From the human T2T-CHM13v2.0 reference genome, Homo sapiens, in the NCBI RefSeq assembly GCF_009914755.1, contig NC_060931.1: 64,000 nt of DNA, one strand, 5' to 3'. Numbering within the stretch: the first letter of the stretch is position 1; each line of letters opens with the position of its first letter. Below are positions 1 through 10,300 of the stretch, piece after piece. The notes under the pieces are model-generated. The model did not search any database, was not told where the DNA came from, and saw only the letters and a list, made by a program, of their open reading frames with translations. The position numbers and the translations under genes are program-made.

Positions 1-72
1 TCCAAGCTGAGCAACAGAGGGAGACTCCATCTCAAAAACAAACAAACAAACAAACAAACAAACAAACAAAAA
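1..72 (+). mobile_element. Alu 3' end (cut by the window edge) with (AAAC)n tail
   Basis: gcaacagagggagactccatctc followed by an A-rich (AAAC)n tail. Confidence 0.9.
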
Positions 73-279
73 CAGACAGACAGCAGTGAACACAGAATGT
101 ATCTCCCACGCATTGCATCAGAGGGAAGATTTGCAAATGCACAGGTGTCTTGAAACAATGATTCTCGCCCTGGTTTGCCCCAGACAGCCCCAGATTGTGC
201 CCATTTCCCCAGCATAATTATCACTAGTGCCCTCTTTCATTCTCAAAAGATTCATGTTTTGGAAGTTAAATTATATGGC

Positions 280-1130
280 TGCTCTACTTTTAAGCAACCT
301 CTTAATTACCTTGAATGGTTTTCTATTAGTTTTAGTAAAAATTTCAAAATTTTAACCCTTTCCCATTTAGAACAAAAAGTGGAGCATGCTGTCAGTGCTC
401 CTTTAATTTTTCATAAACGCACTGTTTGGGGCTGAAGCAAGTCTGACTGATTTTCACTATGAAATAAAATATAAAACTGTTCTTGCAGTTATTTCTACAC
501 AGAACTAGCATCAGAATCATCTGAATCTTCAGAATCATCTATTTCACAAACGTCGGATTAATCAAATCAATCTTTGGCCAACAACTGTTCAAGAAGATGT
601 TAACACATAGGAATGCTAAGTTTTCTGGGATTTGACATTTTCAGGAATCGAGAATTACCGTATTTTGTGAATTGAAATACCACTACTAAAAACAGAATAC
701 TATAAATAGAATAAGTCTTTTGTTTCCTAAGTCGATATACTAGAGTGATGCGAAAATAATAATGAAAGCGAGATATTTTGTGGCAAAGTTACCTTGGGGT
801 AAATGCTGCAGCTGCAAGGATTATTGGGGCAAACAGGAAAGGGTTAACATGGCCCTCCAGGCCTCCTATGATCTAGTTCCAGATTACCTTACCACAAATC
901 TTAATCATCACTGTTGGCCTATTCTTTGTTCTTGCTCTGCTGGCCTTCTTTTTAAAACTTCAAACTTGCCTTGCTCCTTTTTGGCCTCAGGACCTTTGTA
1001 CATGTTGTTCCTCTTGCTTATAAAATTCTTCCTGCCTTTTTCTAATTCCTACTTATAATGTGACCAATAGTTTTGATGTAATTTAAACAGGGCTGTCTCA
1101 TAAAAGCTTTCTCGATCCTTTAGACAAAGT
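280..1130 (+). mobile_element. Degenerate L2 fragment interrupted by MER75
   Basis: L2-like motifs (catggccctccaggcc, ggcctcaggacctttgtacatgttgttcc) continue across the MER75 insertion; ends approximate. Confidence 0.55.
356..843 (-). mobile_element. MER75 piggyBac-family non-autonomous DNA transposon, near full length
   Basis: TTAA at 352-355 and 844-847; imperfect 13-bp TIRs CCCTTTCCCATTT / AAACAGGAAAGGG; body matches recalled MER75 consensus in reverse. Confidence 0.92.
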
Positions 1131-1927
1131 CAGGTCTCAGGTTCGCTGATAAATTTGCTCCTTTCCCTCCTTGGTTTTCTTTTCTCTTGAAGGCTGCCTG
1201 GAAGGTCATCTGAAATGGTCTACAATGTCCTGGATTGTGGGGTAGGGGACTACACTATGACTTGCTGAAACCTACCTTGTTTCTGTACAGTTTTCAAGTG
1301 GAAATTGACTCTAAACATGAAACACAGGTCTTTGTTCATTCACATTCTACCATTTTTTTGTTTGCTATATTGATTTTTATTATTTTTAATCATGGTGAAT
1401 TAAAAATATGAGCATAAACCAATCAAATGGAAAAAATGCCATCAAATTTCAGAAAATCATGGTTTACATGAAATATTAATACTTTATCACTATTAAAAAG
1501 TAGGGTGTGTATGGCTGGGGAAGGCAAAAGGCTTGGCTTTGGAAATAGTAGACCAAGGTTAAATTTTTAGTTTCACCTTTTGCTGGTACAGGGTTTACCC
1601 CAACACCACCCTCCAGAGCACTCCCCTTAGGTCCTGCATCTACAATATAAAAAAAGAATGAGAATATTTTGGAACCAGAATAATCTCTAATGTTCTGTAT
1701 AGCAACAAAATGTCTATAAAAATAATTCCTTTTTCACTGCTTACACATATTATCTATTGTTGTGGGATATCTGTAAAGCTAATGTAATCCTTCATATTAC
1801 TATACATCTTGTAGGAAAAAGGGGTCTATGTAAAAACCAATCTTAGAAACATAGCCACAGTAATACAACTGTGTATTTTCTAGAAAAATGAAGCTAAACC
1901 AAAAGCAAGGCTATCTTGTTCCCCTAC

Positions 1928-2283
1928 TATATTAGTCCATTTTCACACTGCTACAAAGATAGTACTTGGGACTGGGCAATTCATATACAAGAGGTTTAAT
2001 TGTCTCACAGTTTCACATGGCTGTGGAGGCCTCAGGAAACTTACAATCATGGTGAATGGCAAAGGGAAAGCAAAGCTCCTCTTACATGGTGGCAAGAGAA
2101 AGAGAAAGAGCAAGAAAGTGCAACACTTAAAACCATCAGCTTTCCTGAGAACCCCCTCACTGAGAACAGCATGAGCAAAACCGCCCCCATGATCCAATTA
2201 CCTCCCACCAGTTCTCTCCCTTGACACGTGATGATTACAACTGAGATGAGATTTCAGTGGGGACACAGAGCCACACCTTATCA
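1928..2283 (-). mobile_element. MaLR solo LTR, THE1D-like
   Basis: tattagtccatt...gaggcctcaggaaacttacaatcatgg...ggggacacagagcc...atca; 5-bp TSD CCTAC at 1923-1927 and 2284-2288. Confidence 0.9.
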
Positions 2284-3425
2284 CCTACAAAAAACATATT
2301 TTACTTGTGTTGTGTAATTCAATTGAATAGAGAATTCTAAACTCTGACTTCCCTTTCTCTAAGCTCACTTGGGAAGACATGGCCAATCTTTTGTTCCTTG
2401 TATGGTAAGTACTGTCTGGATTCTATCTCAGGGTAGGAAGAATACACAATTAGGGAATATCTCAGATGTCATGAGAGACTGAACTGGCAGTAACTTACTT
2501 CTAAAAAGTAGAATAAAATCTGAACTTATCACTAATCTATATAAGGACAACACAGATGAGCTATCAGTATCAATGATATTCATACTTCTAGGAAGGCCTC
2601 AGTTTCAGAGTGTCCACTTGAGATATAAACAAGGCAGATAAACTTGTAGAGGAGGAAACACTTCATCTGACACCTGCTTTCTAGACCTCTTGGCACTTCT
2701 GAAAAAGCTTTACTTTGAGGCAAGGTGTTCAAGAACAGTGGTTCCAGGATGGTTAACAAAACAAAAGCAGATACCTGACAACAGACAGAGAAAAAAGTGG
2801 GCACAGAAGAGAAATGTGGTATCAGCTGGAGCTCAGGGTAAGTAAGTGTACCTCTGCTAAATAAACTATTACACTGTCATTAAAAATTTTTTTTGTGTAA
2901 AAATGTTAAGATACGGAAAACATTTTCTCATGTGCTAAAGTCATAAAAGCAGGCTATATTCAATATGGAAACAAGTGTTAAAGGTCATTCACAAACAATA
3001 AGACTTGTAGGGATATATTTTAAAACATTTATAGCAAAGTCCTTGGATGGTGGGACAGAAATATAAAGACAGTCAATATTTCAGACCAATGTGTGTGCAT
3101 TGGGGAAGGATGATGACCTGACATGGTATATCATGTCAGCAAAACCCCAGAACACCGAGAATCTAATAGACGCCATTCCCCAAGCACATCCCTTAAGTGA
3201 CCACACTGGAACCACATATGGAAAGAGTCTTAAAGCAACATTTAACACTAGTCTTTCACAAAATTTATACTATTTGCTGGATTTGGATGCTTTCAATAAA
3301 ACTCCCTTGACCATATTGTGGGCTTCCAGTGGGTACTTTTAGTCAGCACACTTAATTATAGCAAGAATAGGAGATCCTATGTGCTTAGTGAAGTCTCTTG
3401 TCCCTCTCACCCTCATAAAGTTCTG

Positions 3426-3525
3426 AACACAGCCCATAGCTCTCTATAACACAATGCTTGTGTTTATACATAACACAGCCCACAGCTCTCTATGACATAC
3501 TGCTTGTGTTTATACATAACACAGC
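3426..3525. repeat. 46-bp tandem duplication (about 2.2 copies)
   Basis: aacacagccca(t/c)agctctctat...tgcttgtgtttatacat repeated with period 46. Confidence 0.9.
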
Positions 3526-3594
3526 AGGCTGTATACAAAACAGAAATATTCTTTGAGACATATATTTATTCATTCATTCAATAGATGGTAAAAA

Positions 3595-3914
3595 GGCCAG
3601 GTGTGGTAGCTCATGCCTGTAATCCAAACATTATGGGAGGCAATAGCGGGTGAATCACTTGACCCCAGGAATTAGAGACTAGCCTGGGCAACATGGCAAG
3701 ACCATGTCTCTACAAAAAATACAAAAATCTGCAGGCTTGGTGGCATGCACCTGTAGTCCCAGCTACTCAGGAGACTGAGGTAGGAGGATCACTTGAGCAT
3801 GGGAGGTAGAAGCTGCAGCGAGCTGTGATTGCACCACTGCACTCCAGCCTAGGTGACAGAGCACCTGTCTCCAGGAAAAAAAAAAAAAAAGAGCGAGAGA
3901 GAGAGAGAGAGCGC
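3595..3914 (+). mobile_element. AluJ with A and (GA)n tail
   Basis: Dimeric Alu with J-type positions; TSD gatggtaaa. Confidence 0.92.
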
Positions 3915-4119
3915 GATGGTAAATGCCAGGAGCTAGGTAAAAATATGCAAAAATTTGGTCTCTCTTTCAAACAGGAGAGTCTAAAGTGGAGGTACACAAG
4001 CAACTGCAGTGTAAAAAGATGACTCCAAAAATTGAGGAGCATTAAAGAATGAAGAATTAAGTCTTCCTGGAAATAACAGAAAAATATTAGACAGAAGGAA
4101 GTACTTGATCTTGTTTCTC

Positions 4120-4380
4120 CATTCAATAAATATTAACTAAGCCACTCAATATTATACTAAAATCACAGTAATAAATGCACAAAGTATAGTAAAAGGGAGG
4201 GTAAGTGTTTAAGACAAGGGCTTTACATCATGGCTGTGGAAACAATCATGTAAACTTTGACCTGAAGGATAAAGTTGAGCTAATAAAGAAATAAGCATTT
4301 TCCAGGGAGTAGAAAAAGTTTGCGTAGAAACCCTCAGGTGGGAGATTCAAAGGATGATTAGAAGTCTCAGGGTTGATCAA
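4120..4380 (-). mobile_element. Degenerate L2 fragment
   Basis: attcaataaatatt start and purine-rich L2-like motifs (gacctgaaggat, cattttccaggg). Confidence 0.4.
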
Positions 4381-4719
4381 GAAGCGGAATGGAGTGGGGT
4401 TTTCTCAGCAGAAACAAGGAGCCAACCAACACAGAAAGATCCAAATTTCTTGACTGTCAAACCATAGGGGTTGAATTTTTCCCAAGTCACTTCAGATGCC
4501 AATGAAACAAATCCGAGCAAGTACCCGCCATGATCACATACAAGTTTGCTAGAAAGATAATTCTGCTTAATGAAGAGTTCTTGAGAGCAAGATTGCTTCA
4601 TGATACAATATTAAGTGAGTAAAGCAGAATAAAAATATTTTGTATTCTTAAACTATTGTGTGCCTGCATAGTAATAAATAAATGTAGAAAAAAGTCTTGA
4701 CAAAAATGCAACTTATACA

Positions 4720-5105
4720 TATTCTCATAATCCTGGGGGCTCATTTCAATGCCCTGTCAGTTAAAAGGACTGTAATTACCCTTTGATCAAGAATCAGGCT
4801 ATGCAAACTTTCCTTGCAGACCACTGTAATTTACATATATTCTTATACAGGAGTCTAGCTGCACTGCACCTAATAAAATGCTGAACTAGGCAATGACAGA
4901 AACATCAGCATCTAACTGGAAAACAGCTATATGTTGGCAAAAAATCCCCATCTCTAGATTCCTTCAGAATGATGGAGGACCACCCACAGCTTTCAGTAAG
5001 ACAAACTATTTGATATTTAAAAACTCAGCTCTCCCCACCAGCAAAAATTCTTGAACTATGCTTTCACTTGATGCATTCTTAAACTCATTTTCTTTTGAAC
5101 ACAGG
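4720..5105 (+). mobile_element. Old ERV1-class solo LTR, MER89/MER90-like
   Basis: Ordered motifs ggggctcattt, ctttgatcaa, ctatgcaaactttcc, atgctgaact, aatgacaga, ggaccacc, aaactca match recalled consensus. Confidence 0.55.
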
Positions 5106-6383
5106 AAAAATATTATAAACTATATACCATAAAACCTCAAATTTAAAGGCCCAGACTTTATGAACAAAGAGATGGGGAGATGTTTTCCTAAAAAGACAGC
5201 TACTTTATCTAAATATTATTTATTTCAATGTGACTCATTGTTTAGCCAAGTTACTACATTTGGCTTCAAAACAAAAAAACAAGTCTGCAGAACTGCAGAG
5301 GACAGTGAAGACATGTTCATTTAACTTTAAACACATTTGTCAGTCATTCTACGCAGAAGCTCCCTTTTCTCCTTTTTTCTTGTCTCTCTCCCTCTGACAC
5401 TGTCTAAAATACAAGGTCAGTGACTCTGCAGTGCTCAGCGGCTGGAGCAGAGATTTAAACAGTCCTTGGGAGTGGGCTTCTACATAGTAATAGAGCCACC
5501 CTTTAATTCTTTTCAAGAGAAGCACAAAGGATGCAACCATGTTTCCTGCAGCTTTGAAAGCCCAAGACTCATCATATACACAATGGCTTTTCAATGTATA
5601 TCCAAGACATTTCTCTTTCCTTTGTGCTAGACTGCGAAACCATTTGTTTCCAAATTTCACGTGATGGTATTTGGAGATGGCATCACTCAAGCTTTCAAAA
5701 GAGATCAGTGTTGCACTTTGCTGTTTTTGCTCTGGAAACATAATATTTATCATTCTTGCATGTACTTCAAGAAGAATAGCAGAATATGAGACTCAAAGTT
5801 TATTTATTTTACAAAATGCTGCTACCCCATTGAGACAAACATTAGCCATGACTTTCTTTTTAATTTTCAGTAAAATCTTTTGGTGGAAATAAGGCGCACT
5901 TAAAAGAGGAAATGAGAAACCATGAGAAATCCAGTTTGACCTAAGTATTAACAGCTCATGGTCACCTTTTTAATGCAGAGGGAAGCTTCACTTCACTGAC
6001 TTACAGACATTTTCATTCCTGAATCTCAAAAAGCAACACATTTTACTAGGCAAAATGAGTTATAGATAGCTGGGGTGGTGTTATTTGAGGGACTGAACAT
6101 TAAACAATTTAAGTAACTTTACAAGATTAAGTCAAACAAGCCACATTATGCCATACAATCAGAAGAGCAAATAAACAGGGTTCTAGTGCAGAATCTGTCT
6201 TTCTGTTTCTTTTCATCAGAGACATATAAACTGTATTCCCTAATTTTAAAACTCTGCAAGCTTTGTTACTTCATCGACAATGAATATGAAAAGAACAAAA
6301 TTATATTTTCACATCCAGGTGTAAAATTAATTCAAGTTAGTACATTTCCAGTCCAAAAATCAATTTAGCCTAAAACATGAAAT

Positions 6384-6700
6384 TAGAGGTTAGGAGGGGC
6401 GTGTGGGTGGGGGTGCAGATAAAGAGAAGTTGGTTAATGGATACAAACATAGAGTTAGATAGAAGTAATAAGTTCTAATGCTCTATAGAAGAGTAGGATG
6501 ACTGTAGTTAACAACAATGTATTACATATTTCAAAGTAGCTAGAAGAGAGGACCTGAATCGTTTCCAACACATTCAAATGATAAGTACTCAAGATAATGG
6601 ATATTCCAAATAACCTGACTCTATCATTACACATTCTATGCATGTGACAAAATATCACATGTACTCTATGTATTATCTATCAATTAAAGCACAAATTAAA
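6384..6700 (+). mobile_element. L1MA-type 3' UTR fragment
   Basis: ggttaatggatacaaac...agttagatagaag...tttcaaagtagctagaagagagg...atcattacacattctatgcatg. Confidence 0.85.
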
Positions 6701-6764
6701 AATTAAAATGAGACTCTTTTTCTTTGTGTTGTTTTTTTTAGCTTAATGCATTTTCCTGGAACAA

Positions 6765-6960
6765 AGTCTGGCTTTTGAAGACAAATCTATTCTAAAATCT
6801 TGGCACTGCATCTGACTAGCTGTGTGGCTTTAGGCAACTTACTTAAATTATTAGTGCCTAAGTGTTCCCACATGCATGAAGAAAAAAATACCTATCTCAT
6901 GGGACCATTGTGCTAATTGAATGAGAAAGTAAGTGTGAAACACCTGGAGCATAATAGCTA
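6765..6960 (+). mobile_element. MIR
   Basis: MIR core actagctgtgtggctttaggcaacttacttaa...cctatctcatggg. Confidence 0.7.
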
Positions 6961-7679
6961 TCACTCACAACTGGTAGTCTAGCCATGCAAAGACAAGAGT
7001 TTCAATTTTAAACAGGATAATTGTACACTAGCTTTAGGGCATTACTCCAGAGTTATTTTCTAAATTAATCCTGCTAAATAAAAATCTATTGAATTAATAT
7101 TAATTTGTATTGAAATATAATGAGTGCACCAATAAAAACCATTATGATATCTCAAGATTCTAAGAAAAATAATTTTTATTACAACACAAAAGTAAATGAG
7201 AGGAAAAGTTTTCTTACTCTTTACCCAGTCTGCCTAATTTAAGTTACCACACACTACCTAATTCCTACTGAGAACATACAAAGTACCTATAAAGTGTCTA
7301 AGAAGAGTTTACAAGCACTACCTCATTTACTCTCTACAAAAATGTTATTAACCAAGTTTTATTATTTTCTCCATTAAATATATAAGAATACTGCAGATGA
7401 ATCATGGGTACCTTTCCCACATTTTGAATTTAAGTGCCAGTGTCCACACTCTCCTGTCCCCATGGAGGATGAGAATATGCTCAGCTGAGGCACTTGGTCT
7501 CCATCACTTTTCATGAGTATAGCTGCAGTCTTCAAATTTTAATGCACATACGAAATATGTAAGTTGCTTATTAAAAATAAACGTATTGGACAGTGCCAGT
7601 GTTATGCTATAAACTGAGATCCAACAGTTCTCCCAGCAAAACCTATCTGACCAATTGTCATATTAATATTACTAATGAT

Positions 7680-8130
7680 TATATTGAATCAAACATTTGT
7701 CCAATAATATTTTCTAAGATTTTACATAAATTAACATTTATCCTCATTACAGTCCTACCTGGTATACAGTGGTTCAGAGTGTGGGCCCTGAGCTTGACAC
7801 TTACTTGTTTTATCATCTAGCAAAGTTACTTAATTCCTTGGAACCTCAGTTTACTTACTTGTAAAATGGGGGTAATGATATTATCAATCTCATGGGTTCC
7901 TAATTAAGATAAAGTAAATTAATAAATTAAAGCAGAGCAGTTCCAGGTACATTACATTGCTCAGAAAATATTGACTGTGATCATTATTCTCATATTTAAG
8001 GAATAATAATAATATTCCTCAGAGAGGTCAGATCTATCTTTCTCAAGGTCACACAAGTAAAAATGGCCAGTGGGAGAAAATTAAAATGATGTGTTTCTGG
8101 CTCTAGAACTACTGCCCTTTCCAACACAAT
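7680..8130. mobile_element. MIR cluster: plus-strand MIR (about 7760-7985) nested in a minus-strand MIR
   Basis: cctcagtttacttacttgtaaaatgggggtaat on plus; ctcaaggtcacacaagta on the resumed minus copy. Confidence 0.65.
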
Positions 8131-8316
8131 ACATCACCTTTCTACTCTGTCAGTGCAAACTCGACCATCAATGAACCATGTCTTTTTGAGAAAATGCATG
8201 AAATGTGCTAAGGAGTTAGCACATTGCTGCAGTAGTTTTCAAGGTGTGTAACACAAGCACCATGGAAGTGTCCTTCTAAATCTTTGTATCTTTGTGAAAT
8301 GTCTTTCCTTTGTCAG

Positions 8317-8598
8317 GGGGTTCATGATCTCGCCGCTTGAGGAGAATTTTCCAAATGAAAGCAGAATCCAGAAGTGTGAACTCATCAGTGAGAAACCGCT
8401 CTTGTTGAATCTCCAGCAGGGCCTCCCCAACCCTGTTGATACGACCTCTCCCCCTCCACTGTTTACAAAGGGTAGCCACATGGCTCAGCTTTTTACTCAA
8501 TCTAAGAAAAGTTCCCAGAACCCTACTGTTCCCTCACGCAGACTGAAAACTATTGTGAGGCTAAAACTGACAGGAAATTTGGAAATGGGAGACAAAAG
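8317..8598 (+). other. Candidate spliced exon, 282 nt, phase 2-2, one frame open throughout; unverified
   Basis: Acceptor gtctttcctttgtcag|G, donor AAG|gtaaac; ORF 8294-8602 spans it; peptide not recognised. Confidence 0.3.
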
Positions 8599-8839
8599 GT
8601 AAACATTTCTGTAGATACTGGGAAGTTGATCACACCCTCTGTGTCATCTTTCACTTTTTTTGAAACGTGCATTTCCTGAGTACTTCTTAGGTGGACATCA
8701 GTAAGCCAACTGCTATGGAGGGTATTAAGACTTTTTAAAAATAAAACCATCTTCAAGGAGAGAGACAGCATACTCACAACACTAGAATACAAGGCAGTAT
8801 ATGATAAATGCCTGTAAAGACAAGCAGCGAATGGCACCA

Positions 8840-9690
8840 GCATCCATATTCAACCTACAAACAATAAAATCATGCTCCATTCCTCCCTCCCAGCCTACCA
8901 ATCAGCTGCTGAGCCTTGCTGATTTTACCTCTAAAATGTCTCTCATATCTGTCATTTTCTCTCCATTTCTATTATCACTCAATTCTAGACACATATCAAT
9001 TCTAGTCATCTCTGATGGAAAATGGCATGAGCCTTCTACTTGCTCTTCCTGTCTTTAGTTTCCTTCTTTGTTCAAATATTTATTGAATGGTGGAAAACCA
9101 TGGGCACTAGGGGCAGTCTGTGTGCTGGGAGTACAATGACTAGGACCCTACCCTACAAGGCATGTGGAATTCTCACATCAGCTTCGTGCTTCTATCTGAA
9201 TTAATTTACCACCCAAACACTAAACATGACCATGCTTTCACACATTTTCACTCTGTCCCATTTGAAATCAATTCAATGACTTCCTGTTTTTTAACCAATA
9301 GTTCTGAGAAGTCATGCCTACTTTAAGAAAGTAGCAAATGCAATGGACTTTCTTTTTCTCAAAAATTTCATATAGGTCATAGTCATAAAATATTTCATGC
9401 AAATTCAGGGTGTCACTGATATTCTGAAATTCATTCAAGTATCCCATAAGGGTAGTCTATGTGCCTAGGAGAAAAATGTCTCATCTAAAGGGAAAATTTC
9501 ATGCCTACAAATATGTTAAACACAGCCCTTCATGACCTGACCCTTGCTACCTCCTCAGCCTGATGCCTGGTATTTTTTCCTTGATCTTTATGCACCTACA
9601 ATAGAGCTATCTGTATTGTTTGGAAAACATCATGCTATGTCATGCTTCTCAGCCATATTCATACTAGTCTGCTGTGCCTTTTTTGCTTTG
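8840..9690 (+). mobile_element. Fragmented L2
   Basis: Pyrimidine-rich L2 motifs (gattttacctctaaaatgtctctc, cccttcatgacctgacccttgctacctc); interrupted by other short pieces. Confidence 0.55.
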
Positions 9691-9699
9691 CTAACTTTT

Positions 9700-9980
9700 C
9701 GTTGTTTGTATGTTTGTTTGTTTTTGAGACAAGGTCTCACTCTGTCACCCAGGCTGGAATGCAGTTGCACGATCACAGTTCACTGTAACCTCTAACTCCT
9801 GGGCTCAGGGGATCATCCCGCCTCAGCCTCCTGAGTACCTAGGACTACGGGCACACAACACCATGCCTGGCCAATTTTTGTTTATTTGCTCAGCTGGTCT
9901 AGAACTCTTGGCCTCAAGTAATCCTTCCATATCAGCCTCCCAAAGTGCTGAGATTACAGGTGTGAGCCACCGTGCCCAGC
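9700..9980 (-). mobile_element. AluJ with small internal deletion at the arm junction
   Basis: gagacaaggtctcactctgtcaccc...gtgagccaccgtgcccagcc; the tagagacggggtttc segment is missing. Confidence 0.9.
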
Positions 9981-10059
9981 CCCTTTTCCATGTTTTTAAG
10001 GCTTAATTGATACTACTATCTATATAAAGACTGTCCTGATTCTCCTGTGAGAAATGACG

Positions 10060-10300
10060 AAAATGGCTCACCTTTATTTAATAATACACTATTTTACTGG
10101 TGCCAAGATAACTAATTGTAATTACATACATTTAAACTTTGCAACAGCACTATGACGTGCATACACTGTATTTCATATCTTATACATAAAGAAACTACAC
10201 TTAAGAGGAGTTAAGTATGTGTTGATCAATTATAGCTGAAGAGCAGCAGAGCCAGGATTAGAACTCCAGAAAGCTGAACTCTAAAGTTCTTTCCACGGTA
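10060..10300 (-). mobile_element. MIR
   Basis: aaagaaactacacttaagaggagttaagta...agagccaggattagaactccag. Confidence 0.65.
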
